Part shown: one piece after another, positions 1 to 12,000 of the stretch
Position numbering within the stretch: the first letter of the stretch is position 1
Layout of the letters: every line of letters begins with the position of its first letter
Made by a program: the position numbers and the translations under genes
The notes under the pieces: model-generated
Told to the model about the DNA's origin: nothing
Database searches by the model: none
What the model saw: the letters and a program-made list of their open reading frames with translations, nothing else
DNA from: Eledone cirrhosa
Lineage: Eukaryota
Assembly (NCBI GenBank): GCA_964016885.1
Contig: OZ024755.1
Location: 40,672,001 to 40,736,000 of the forward strand
Length of the DNA: 64,000 bases
Reading direction: 5' to 3'

Positions 1-3000
1 GGTATGTGTGCTAGGTGTGTGTTAGGTGTGTGCTAGGTGTGTGCTAGGTGTGTGTGCTAAGTGTGTGTTAGGCGTGTGCTAGGTGTGTGTGCTAGGCGTG
101 TGCTAGGTGTATGTGCTAGGTGTGTGCTAGGTGTGTGATAGGTGTGTGTGCTAGGTATGTGCTAGGTGTGTGCTAGGTGTGTGCTAGATGTGTGTGCTAG
201 GTGTGTGCTAGGTGTGTGTTAGGTGTGTGTGCTATGTGTGTGCTAGATATGTGTGCTAGGTGTGTTTGTTAGGTGTGTGCTAGGTGTGTGCTAGGTGTGT
301 GTGCTAGGTATGTGCTAGGTGTGTGCTAGGTGTATGTGCTAGGTGTGTGCTAGGTGTGTGCTAGGTGTGTGTGCTAGGAGTATGCTAGATTTGTGTGCTA
401 GGTGTGTGCTAGGTGTGTGTGCTAGGTGTGTGTGCTAGGTGTGTGCTAGGTGTGTGCTAGGTGTGTACTAGGTGTGAACTAGGTGTGTGTTAGGTGTGTG
501 CTAGGTGTGTGTGCTATGTGTGTGCTAGGTGTGTGTGTTAGGTAAGTGCTAGGTGTGTGCTAGGTGTATGTGCTAGGTGTGTACTAGGTGTGTGCTAGGT
601 GTGTGTGCTAGGTATCTGTTAGGTGTGTGCTAGGTGTGTGCTAGATGTGTGTGCTAGGTGTGTGCTAGGTGTGTGTGCTATGTGTGTACTAGGTGTGTGT
701 GCTAGGTGTGTGCTAGGTGTGTGTGCTAGGTGTGTGTGTTATGTGTGTGCTAGGTGTGTGCTAGTTGTGTGTGCTAGGTATGTGCTAGGTGTGTGCTAGG
801 TGTGTGCTAGGTGTGTGCTAGGTGTGTATGCTAGGTATGTGCTAGGTGTGTGTGCTAGGAGTGTGCTAGGTGTGTGTGCTAGGTGTGTGCTAGGTGTGTG
901 CTAGGTGTGTGCTAGGTGTCTGTGCTAGGTGTGTGTGCTAGGTGTGTGCTAGGTGTGTGCTAGGTGTGTGCTAGGTGTGTACTAGGTGTGAGCTAGGTGT
1001 GTGCTAGATGTGTGCTAGGTGTGTGTGCTAGGTGTGTGTGCTAGGTCTGTATGCTAGGTGTGTGTGCTAGGTGTGTGCTAGGTGTGTGCTAGGTGTGTGC
1101 TAGGTGTGTGCTAGGTGTGTGTGCTAGGTGTATGTGCTAGGTGTGTGCTAGGTGTGTGTGCTAGGTGTGTGCTAGGTGTGTGTGTTATGTGTGTGCTATG
1201 TGTGTGCTAGGGGTGTGCTAGGTGTGTGCTAGGCGTGTGTGCTAGGCGTGTGCTAGGCGCGTGCTAGGTGTGTGTGCTAGGTGTGTGCTAGGTGTGTGCT
1301 AGGTTTGTGCTAGGTGTGTGTGCTAGGTGTATGTGCTAGGTGTGTGCTAGGTGTGTGTGCTAGGTGTGTGCTAGGTGTGTGCTAGGTGTGTGTGCTAGGT
1401 GTGTGCTAGGTGTGTGTGCTATGTGTGTGCTATGTGTGTGCTAGGGGTGTGCTAGGGGTGTGCTAGGTGTGTGTGCTAGGTGTGTGCTAGGCGTGTGCTA
1501 GGCGTGTGTGCTAGGCGTGTGCTAGGCGTGTGCTAGGTGTGTGTGCTAGGCGTGTGCTAGGCGTGTGCTAGGTGTGTGTGCTAGGTGTGTGCTAGGTGTG
1601 TGTGCTAGGGGTATGTGCTAGGTGTGTGCTAGGTGTGTGCTAGGGGTATGTGCTAGGTGTGTGCTAGGCGTGTGCTAGGCGTGTGCTAGGTGTGTGTGCT
1701 AGGCGTGTGCTAGGCGTGTGCTAGGTGTGTGTGCTAGGCGTGTGCTAGATGTGTGTGCTAGGTGTGTGCTAGGTGTGTGTGCTAGGTGTGTGTGCTAGGT
1801 GTGTGCTAGGTGTGTGCTAGGTGTGTGCTAGGGGTATGTGCTAGGTGTGTGCTAGGTGTGTGCTAGGTGTGTGTGCTAGGTGTGTGCTAGGTGTGTGTGC
1901 TAGGTGTGTGTGCTAGGTGTGTGCTAGGTGTGTGCTAGGTATGTGTGCTAGGTGTGTGTGCTAGGTGTGGGCTAGGTGTGTATACTAGATGTGTGTGCTA
2001 GGTGTGTGCTAGGTGTGTGTGATAGGTGTGTGCTAGGTGTGTGCTGGGTGTGTGCTAGGTGTGTGCTAGGTATGTGTGCTAGGTGTGTGTTAGGTGTGTG
2101 CTAGGTGTGTGCTAGGTGTGTGCTAGGTGTGTGCTAGGTGTGTGCTAGGTATGTGTGCTAGGTGTGTGTTAGGTGTGTGCTAGGTGTGTGCTAGGTGTGT
2201 GTGCTAGGTGTGTGTTAGGCGTGTGCTAGGTGTGTGTGCTAGGCATGTGCTAGGTGTATGTGCTAGGTGTGTGCTAGGTGTGTGATAGGTGTGTGTGCTA
2301 GGTATGTGCTAGGTGTGTGCTAGGTGTGTGCTAGATGTGTGTGCTAGGTGTGTGCTAGGTGTGTGTTAGGTGTGTGTGCTATGTGTGTGCTAGATATGTG
2401 TGCTAGGTGTGTTTGTTAGGTGTGTGCTAGGTGTGTGCTAGGTGTGTGTGCTAGGTATGTGCTAGGTGTGTGCTAGGTGTATGTGCTAGGTGTGTGCTAG
2501 GTGTGTGCTAGGTGTGTGTGCTAGGAGTGTGCTAGGTGTGTGTGCTAGGTGTGTGCGAGGTGTGTGTGCTAGGTGTGTGTGCTAGGTGTGTGCTAGGTGT
2601 GTGCTAGGTGTGTGCTAGGTGTATGTGCTAGGTGTGTGCTAGGTATGTGCTAGGTGTGTGCTAGGAGTGTGCTAGGTGTGTGTGCTAGGTGTGTGCGAGG
2701 TGTGTGTGCTAGGTGTGTGTGCTAGGTGTGTGCTAGGTGTGTGCTAGGTGTGTACTAGGTTTGAACTAGGTGTGTGTTAGGTGTGTGCTAGGTGTGTGTG
2801 CTATGTGTGTGCTAGGTGTGTGTGTTAGGTATGTGCTAGGTGTGTGCGAGGTGTGTGTGCTAGGTGTATGTGCTAGGTGTGTCCTAGGTGTGTGCTAGGT
2901 GTGTGTGCTAGGTATGTGTTAGGTGTGTGCTAGGTGTGTGCTAGATGTGTGTGCTAGGTGTGTGCTAGGTGTGTGTGCTATGTGTGTGCTAGGTGTGTGT

Positions 3001-6000
3001 GCTAGGTGTGTGCTAGGTGTGTGTGCTAGGTGTGTGTGTCATGTGTGTGCTAGGTGTGTGCTAGTTGTGTGTGCTAGGTATGTGCTAGGTGTGTGCTAGG
3101 TGTGTGCTAGGTGTGTGCTAGGTGTGTATGCTAGGTATGTGCTAGGTGTGTGTGCTAGGAGTGTGCTAGGTGTGTGTGCTAGGTGTGTGCTAGGTGTGTG
3201 CTAGGTGTGTGCTAGGTGTGTGCTAGGTGTGTGCTAGGTGTGTGCTAGGTATGTGCTAGGTGTGTGCTAGGTGTGTGCTAGGTATGTGCTAGGTGTGTGT
3301 GCTAGGAGTGTGCTAGGTGTGTGTGCTAGGTGTGTGCTAGGTGTGTGCTAGGTGTGTGCTAGGTGTGTGTGCTAGGTGTGTGTGCTAGGTGTGTGCTAGG
3401 TGTGTGCTAGGTGTGTGCTAGGTGTGTACTAGGTGTGAGCTAGGTGTGTGCTAGATGTGTGCTAGGTGTGTGTGCTAGGTGTGTGTGCTAGGTCTGTATG
3501 CTAGGTGTGTGTGTGCTAGGTGTGTGCTAGGTGTGTGCTAGGTGTGTGCTAGGTGTGTGCTAGGTGTGTGCTAGGTGTGTGTGCTAGGTGTATGTGCTAG
3601 GTGTGTGCTAGGTGTGTGTGCTAGGTGTGTGCTAGGTGTGTGTGTTATGTGTGTGCTATGTGTGTGCTAGGGGTGTGCTAGGTGTGTGCTAGGCGTGTGT
3701 GCTAGGCGTGTGCTAGGCGTGTGCTAGGTGTGTTTGCTAGGCGTGTGCTAGGCGTGTGCTAGGTGTGTGTGCTAGGCGTGTGCTAGGTGTGTGTGCTGGG
3801 TGTGTGCTAGGTGTGTGCTAGGTGTATGTGCTAGGTGTGTGCTAGGTGTGTGCTAGGTGTGTGTGCTAGGTGTGTGTGCTAGGTATGTGTGCTAGGTGTG
3901 TGCTAGATGTGTGCTAGGTATGTGTGCTAGGTGTGTGCTAGGTGTGTATACTAGGTGTGTGTGCTAGGTGTGTGCTAGGTGTGTGTGCTAGGTGTGTGCT
4001 AGGTGTGTGCTAGGTGTGTGCTAGGTGTGTGCTAGGTATGTGTGCTAGGTGTGTGCTAGGTGTGTGCTAGGTGTGTGTGCTAGGTGTGTGCTAGGTGTGT
4101 GTGCTAGGTATGTGTGCTAGGTGTGTGCTAGATGTGTGCTAGGTGTGTGCTAGGTGTGTGTGCTAGGTATGTGTGCTAGGTGTGTGCTAGATGTGTGCTA
4201 GGTATGTGTGCTAGGTGTGTGCTAGGTGTGTATACTAGGTGTGTGTGCTAGGTGTGTGCTAGGTGTGTGTGCTAGGTGTGTGCTAGGTGTGTGCTAGGTG
4301 TGTGCTAGGTGTGTGCTAGGTATGTGTGCTAGGTGTGTGCTAGGTGTGTGTTAGGAGTGTGATAGGTGTGTGTGCTATGTGTGTGCTAGGTGTGTGTGCT
4401 AGGTGTGTTTGTTAGGTGTGTGCTAGGTGTGTGCTAGGTGTGTGTGCTAGGTATGTGCTAGGTGTTTGCTAGGTGTATGTGCTAGGTGTGTGCTAGGTGT
4501 ATGTGCTAGGTGTGTGCTAGGTGTGTGCTAGGTGTGTGCTAGGCGTGTGCTAGGTGTGTGTGCTATGTGTGTGCTAGGTGTGTGCTAGGTGTGTGCTAGG
4601 TGTGTGTGCTAGGTGTGTGTGCTAGGAGTGTGCTAGGTGTGTGTGCTAGGTGTGTGCTAGGTGTGTGTGCTAGGTGTGTGTGCTAGGTATGTGCTAGGTG
4701 TGTACTAGGTGTGAGCTAGGTGTGTGTTAGGTGTGTGCTAGGTGTATGTGCTAGGTGTGTGCTAGGTGTGTGCTAGGTGTGTGCTAGGCGTGTGCTAGGT
4801 GTGTGTGCTATGTGTGTGCTAGGTGTGTGTGCTAGGTGTGTTTGTTAGGTGTGTGCTAGGTGTGTGCTAGGTGTGTGTGCTAGGTATGTGTTAGGTGTGT
4901 TTAAGGTGTGTGCTAGATGTGTGTGCTAGGTGTGTGCTAGGTGTGTGTGCTAGGTGTGTGCTAGGTTTGTGTGCTAGGTGTGTGTGTTAGGTGTGTGCTA
5001 GGTGTGTGTGCTAGGTGTGTGCTAGGTGTGTGTGCTAGGTGTGTTTGTTAGGTGTGTGCTAGGTGTGTGCTAGGTGTGTGTGCTAGGTGTGTGTGCTAGG
5101 TGTGTGCTAGGTGTGTGTGCTAGGTGTGTGCTAGGTGTGTGTGCTAGGTGTGTGTGCTAGGTGTGTGTGCTAGGTGTGTGTGCTAGGTGTGTGTGCTAGG
5201 TGTGTGCTAGGTGTGTGCTAGGTGTGTGTGCTAGGTGTGTGCTAGGTGTGTGTGCTAGGTGTGTGTGCTAGGTGTGTGTGCTAGGTGTGTGTGCTAGGTG
5301 TGTGCTAGGTGTGTGCTAGGAGTGTGCTAGGTGTGTGTGCTAGGTGTGTGCTAGATGTGTGCTAGGTGTGTGCTAGGTGTGTGTGCTAGGTGTGTGTGCT
5401 AGGAGTGTGCTAGGTGTGTGCTAGATGTGTGCTAGGTGTGTGCTAGGTGTGTGTGCTAGGTGTGTGCTAGGTGTGTGTGCTAGGTGTGTGCTAGATGTGT
5501 GTGCTAGGTGTGTGCTAGGTGTGTGCTAGGTGTGTGTGCTAGGTATGTGCTAGGTGTGTGTGCTAGGAGTGTGCTAGGTGTGTGTGCTAGGTGTGTGCTA
5601 GATGTGTGCTAGGTGTGTGCTAGGTGTGTGTGCTAGGTGTGTGTGCTAGGTGTGTGCTAGGTGTGTGCTAGGTGTGTGTGCTAGGTATGTGCTAGGTGTG
5701 TGTGCTAGGAGTGTGTGCTAGGTGTGTGCTAGATGTGTGCTAGGTGTGTGCTAGGTGTGTGTGCTAGGTGTGTGTGCTAGATGTGTGCTAGGTGTGTGCT
5801 AGGTGTGTGTGCTAGGTGTGTGTGCTAGGTGTGTGTGCTAGGTGTGTGCTAGGTGTGTGCTAGGTGTGTGCTAGGTGTGTGCTAGGTGTGTGTGCTAGGT
5901 GTGTGCTAGGTGTCTGCTAGGTATGTGTGCTAGGTGTGTGTTAGGTGTGTATACTAGGTGTGTGTGCTAGGTGTGTGCTAGGTGTGTGCTACGTGTGTGC

Positions 6001-9000
6001 TAGGTGTGTGCTAGGTGTGTGTGCTAGGTGTGTGCTAGGTGTGTGTGCTAGGTGTGTGTGCTAGGTGTGTGTGCTAGGTGTGTGTGCTAGGTGTGTGTGC
6101 TAGGTGTGTGCTAGGTGTGTGCTAGGTGTGTGTGCTAGGTGTGTGCTAGGTGTGTGTGCTAGGTGTGTGTGCTAGGTGTGTGTGCTAGGTGTGTGTGCTA
6201 GGTGTGTGCTAGGTGTGTGCTAGGTGTGTGCTAGGTGTGTGCTAGGTGTGTGTGCTAGGTGTGTGTGCTAGGTGTGTGCTAGGTGTGTGCTACGTGTGTG
6301 CTAGGTGTGTGCTAGGTGTGTGCTAGGTGTGTGCTAGGTGTGTGTGCTAGGTGTGTGTGCTAGGTGTGTGTGCTAGGTGTGTGTGCTAGGTGTGTGCTAG
6401 GTGTGTGCTAGGTGTGTGTGCTAGGTGTGTGCTAAGTGTGTGCTAGGTGTGTGTGCTAAGTGTGTGCTAGGTGTGTGTGCTAGGTGTGTGCTAGGTGTGT
6501 GTGCTTGGTGTGTGCTAGGTGTGTGTGCTAGGTGTGTGCTAGGTGTGTGCTAGGTGTGTGTGCTAGGTGTGTGCTAAGTGTGTGCTAGGTGTGTGTGCTA
6601 AGTGTGTGCTAGGTGTGTGTGCTAGGTGTGTGCTAGGTGTGTGCTAGGTGTGTGTGCTAGGTATGTGCTAGGTGTGTGCTAGGTGTGTGCTAGGTGTGTG
6701 CTAGGTGTGTGTGCTAGGTATGTGCTAGGTGTGTGTGCTAGGAGTGTGCTAGGTGTGTGTGCTAGGTGTGTGCTAGATGTGTGCTAGGTGTGTGCTAGGT
6801 GTGTGTGCTAGGTGTGTGTGCTAGGTGTGTGCTAGGTGTGTGTGCTAGGTGTGTGCTAGGTGTGTGCTAGGTGTGTGTGCTAGGTGTGTGCTATGTGTTG
6901 TGCTAGGTGTGTGCTAGGTGTGTGCTAGGTGTGTGTGCTAGGTGTGTGCTAGGTGTGTGTGCTAGGTGTGTGCTAGGTTTGTGTGCTAGGTGTGTGTGTT
7001 AGGTGTGTGCTAGGTGTGTGCTAGGTGTGTGTGCTAGGTATGTGCTAGGTGTGTGCTAGGTGTGTGCTAGGTGTGTGTGCTAGGTGTGTGCTAGATGTGT
7101 GCTAGGTGTGTGCTAGGTGTGTGTGCTAGGTGTGTGTGCTAGGTGTGTGCTAGGTGTGTGTGCTAGGTGTGTGCTAGGTGTGTGCTAGGTGTGTGTGCTA
7201 GGTGTGTGCTAGGTGTGTGTGCTAGGTGTGTGCTGGGTGTGTGCTAGGTGTGTGCTAGGTGTGTGTGCTAGGTGTGTGTGCTAGGTGTGTGTGCTAGGTG
7301 TGTGTGCTAGGTGTGTGCTAGGTGTGTGCTAGGTGTGTGCTAGGTGTGTGTGTTAGGTGTGTGCTAGGTGTGTGCTAGGTGTGTGTGCTAGGTGTGTGCT
7401 AGGTGTTGTGCTAGGTGTGTGCTAGGTGTGTGCTAGGTGTGTGTGCTAGGTGTGTGCTAGGTGTGTGTGCTAGGTGTGTGCTAGCTGTGTGTGCTAGGTG
7501 TGTGCTAGGTGTGTGCTAAGTGTGAGCTAGGTGTGTGTGCTAGGTGTGTGTGCTAGGTGTGTGTGCTAGGTGTGTGCTAGGTGTGTGTGCTAGGTGTGTG
7601 CTAGGTGTGTGCTAAGTGTATGCTAGGTGTGTGTGCTAGGTGTGTGTGCTAGGTGTGTGCTAGGTGTGTGCTAAGTGTGTGCTACGTGTGTGTGCTAGGT
7701 GTGTGCTAGGTGTGTGTGCTAGGTGTGTGTGCTAGGTGTGTGCTAGGTGTGTGTGCTAGGTGTGTGCTAGGTGTGTGCTAGGTGTGTGTGCTAGGTGTGT
7801 GCTATGTGTTGTGCTAGGTGTGTGCTAGGTGTGTGCTAGCTGTGTGTGCTAGGTGTGTGCTAGGTGTGTGTGCTAGGTGTGTGTGCTAGGTGTTTGCTAG
7901 GTGTGTGCTAGGTGTGTGTGCTAGGTATGTGCTAGGTGTGTGTGCTAGGTGTGTGCTAGGTGTGTGCTAGGTGTGTGTGCTAGGTGTGTGTGCTAGGTGT
8001 GTGCTAGGTGTGTGCTAGGTGTGTGTGCTAGGTGTGTGCTATGTGTTGTGCTAGGTGTGTGCTAGGTGTGTGCTAGGTGTGTGTGCTAGGTGTGTGCTAG
8101 GTGTGTGTGCTAGGTGTGTGCTAGGTGTGTGCTAGGTGTGTGCTAGGTGTGTGTGCTAGGTGTGTGTGCTAGGTGTGTGTGCTAGGTGTGTGTGCTAGGT
8201 GTGTGCTAGGTGTGTGCTAGGTGTGTGCTAGGTGTGTGTGCTAGGTGTGTGCTAGGTGTGTGCTAGGTGTGTGTGCTAGGTGTGTGCTAGGTGTTGTGCT
8301 AGGTGTGTGCTAGGTGTGTGCTAGGTGTGTGTGCTAGGTGTGTGCTAGGTGTGTGTGCTAGCTGTGTGCTAGCTGTGTGTGCTAGGTGTGTGCTAGGTGT
8401 GTGCTAAGTGTGTGCTAGGTGTGTGTGCTAGGTGTGTGTGCTAGGTGTGTGCTAGGTGTGTGCTAGGTGTGTGTGCTAGGTGTGTGCTAGGTGTGTGCTA
8501 AGTGTATGCTAGGTGTGTGTGCTAGGTGTGTGTGCTAGGTGTGTGCTAGGCGTGTGCTAAGTGTGTGCTACGTGTGTGTGCTAGGTGTGTGCTAGGTGTG
8601 TGTGCTAGGTGTGTGTGCTAGGTGTGTGCTAGGTGTGTGTGCTAGGTGTGTGCTAGGTGTGTGCTAGGTGTGTGTGCTAGGTGTGTGCTATGTGTTGTGC
8701 TAGGTGTGTGCTAGGTGTGTGCTAGGTGTGTGTGCTAGGTGTGTGCTAGGTGTGTGTGCTAGGTGTGTGCTAGCTGTGTGTGCTAGGTGTGTGCTAGGTG
8801 TGTGCTAAGTGTGTGCTAGGTGTGTGTGCTAGGTGTGTGTGCTAGGTGTGTGTGCTAGGTGTGTGCTAGGTGTGTGCTAGGTGTGTGTGCTAGGTGTGTG
8901 CTGGGTGTGTGCTAAGTGTGTGCTAGGTGTGTGTGCTAGGTGTGTGTGCTAGGTGTGTGCTATGTGTGTGCTAAATGTGTGCTAGGTGTGTGTGCTAGGT

Positions 9001-12000
9001 GTGTGTGCTAGGTGTGTGCTAGGTGTGTGCTAGGTGTGTGTGCTAGGTGTGTGCTAGGTGTGTGCTAGGTGTGTGCTAGGTGTGTGTGCTAGGTGTGTGC
9101 TAGGTGTGTGTTAGGTGTGTGTGCTATGTGTGTGCTAGATATGTGTGCTAGGTGTGTTTGTTAGGTGTGTGCTAGGTGTGTGCTAGGTGTGTGTGCTAGG
9201 TATGTGCTAGGTGTGTGCTAGGTGTATGTGCTAGGTGTGTGCTAGGTGTGTGCTAGGTGTGTGTGCTAGGAGTATGCTAGATTTGTGTGCTAGGTGTGTG
9301 CTAGGTGTGTGTGCTAGGTGTGTGTGCTAGGTGTGTGCTAGGTGTGTGCTAGGTGTGTACTAGGTGTGAACTAGGTGTGTGTTAGGTGTGTGCTAGGTGT
9401 GTGTGCTATGTGTGTGCTAGGTGTGTGTGTTAGGTAAGTGCTAGGTGTGTGCTAGGTGTATGTGCTAGGTGTGTACTAGGTGTGTGCTAGGTGTGTGTGC
9501 TAGGTATCTGTTAGGTGTGTGCTAGGTGTGTGCTAGATGTGTGTGCTAGGTGTGTGCTAGGTGTGTGTGCTATGTGTGTACTAGGTGTGTGTGCTAGGTG
9601 TGTGCTAGGTGTGTGTGCTAGGTGTGTGTGTTATGTGTGTGCTAGGTGTGTGCTAGTTGTGTGTGCTAGGTATGTGCTAGGTGTGTGCTAGGTGTGTGCT
9701 AGGTGTGTGCTAGGTGTGTATGCTAGGTATGTGCTAGGTGTGTGTGCTAGGAGTGTGCTAGGTGTGTGTGCTAGGTGTGTGCTAGGTGTGTGCTAGGTGT
9801 GTGCTAGGTGTCTGTGCTAGGTGTGTGTGCTAGGTGTGTGCTAGGTGTGTGCTAGGTGTGTGCTAGGTGTGTACTAGGTGTGAGCTAGGTGTGTGCTAGA
9901 TGTGTGCTAGGTGTGTGTGCTAGGTGTGTGTGCTAGGTCTGTATGCTAGGTGTGTGTGCTAGGTGTGTGCTAGGTGTGTGCTAGGTGTGTGCTAGGTGTG
10001 TGCTAGGTGTGTGTGCTAGGTGTATGTGCTAGGTGTGTGCTAGGTGTGTGTGCTAGGTGTGTGCTAGGTGTGTGTGTTATGTGTGTGCTATGTGTGTGCT
10101 AGGGGTGTGCTAGGTGTGTGCTAGGCGTGTGTGCTAGGCGTGTGCTAGGCGCGTGCTAGGTGTGTGTGCTAGGTGTGTGCTAGGTGTGTGCTAGGTTTGT
10201 GCTAGGTGTGTGTGCTAGGTGTATGTGCTAGGTGTGTGCTAGGTGTGTGTGCTAGGTGTGTGCTAGGTGTGTGCTAGGTGTGTGTGCTAGGTGTGTGCTA
10301 GGTGTGTGTGCTATGTGTGTGCTATGTGTGTGCTAGGGGTGTGCTAGGGGTGTGCTAGGTGTGTGTGCTAGGTGTGTGCTAGGCGTGTGCTAGGCGTGTG
10401 TGCTAGGCGTGTGCTAGGCGTGTGCTAGGTGTGTGTGCTAGGCGTGTGCTAGGCGTGTGCTAGGTGTGTGTGCTAGGTGTGTGCTAGGTGTGTGTGCTAG
10501 GGGTATGTGCTAGGTGTGTGCTAGGTGTGTGCTAGGGGTATGTGCTAGGTGTGTGCTAGGCGTGTGCTAGGCGTGTGCTAGGTGTGTGTGCTAGGCGTGT
10601 GCTAGGCGTGTGCTAGGTGTGTGTGCTAGGCGTGTGCTAGATGTGTGTGCTAGGTGTGTGCTAGGTGTGTGTGCTAGGTGTGTGTGCTAGGTGTGTGCTA
10701 GGTGTGTGCTAGGTGTGTGCTAGGGGTATGTGCTAGGTGTGTGCTAGGTGTGTGCTAGGTGTGTGTGCTAGGTGTGTGCTAGGTGTGTGTGCTAGGTGTG
10801 TGTGCTAGGTGTGTGCTAGGTGTGTGCTAGGTATGTGTGCTAGGTGTGTGTGCTAGGTGTGGGCTAGGTGTGTATACTAGATGTGTGTGCTAGGTGTGTG
10901 CTAGGTGTGTGTGATAGGTGTGTGCTAGGTGTGTGCTGGGTGTGTGCTAGGTGTGTGCTAGGTATGTGTGCTAGGTGTGTGTTAGGTGTGTGCTAGGTGT
11001 GTGCTAGGTGTGTGCTAGGTGTGTGCTAGGTGTGTGCTAGGTATGTGTGCTAGGTGTGTGTTAGGTGTGTGCTAGGTGTGTGCTAGGTGTGTGTGCTAGG
11101 TGTGTGTTAGGCGTGTGCTAGGTGTGTGTGCTAGGCATGTGCTAGGTGTATGTGCTAGGTGTGTGCTAGGTGTGTGATAGGTGTGTGTGCTAGGTATGTG
11201 CTAGGTGTGTGCTAGGTGTGTGCTAGATGTGTGTGCTAGGTGTGTGCTAGGTGTGTGTTAGGTGTGTGTGCTATGTGTGTGCTAGATATGTGTGCTAGGT
11301 GTGTTTGTTAGGTGTGTGCTAGGTGTGTGCTAGGTGTGTGTGCTAGGTATGTGCTAGGTGTGTGCTAGGTGTATGTGCTAGGTGTGTGCTAGGTGTGTGC
11401 TAGGTGTGTGTGCTAGGAGTGTGCTAGGTGTGTGTGCTAGGTGTGTGCGAGGTGTGTGTGCTAGGTGTGTGTGCTAGGTGTGTGCTAGGTGTGTGCTAGG
11501 TGTGTACTAGGTTTGAACTAGGTGTGTGTTAGGTGTGTGCTAGGTGTGTGTGCTATGTGTGTGCTAGGTGTGTGTGTTAGGTATGTGCTAGGTGTGTGCG
11601 AGGTGTGTGTGCTAGGTGTATGTGCTAGGTGTGTCCTAGGTGTGTGCTAGGTGTGTGTGCTAGGTATGTGTTAGGTGTGTGCTAGGTGTGTGCTAGATGT
11701 GTGTGCTAGGTGTGTGCTAGGTGTGTGTGCTATGTGTGTGCTAGGTGTGTGTGCTAGGTGTGTGCTAGGTGTGTGTGCTAGGTGTGTGTGTCATGTGTGT
11801 GCTAGGTGTGTGCTAGTTGTGTGTGCTAGGTATGTGCTAGGTGTGTGCTAGGTGTGTGCTAGGTGTGTGCTAGGTGTGTATGCTAGGTATGTGCTAGGTG
11901 TGTGTGCTAGGAGTGTGCTAGGTGTGTGTGCTAGGTGTGTGCTAGGTGTGTGCTAGGTGTGTGCTAGGTGTGTGTGCTAGGTGTGTGTGCTAGGTGTGTG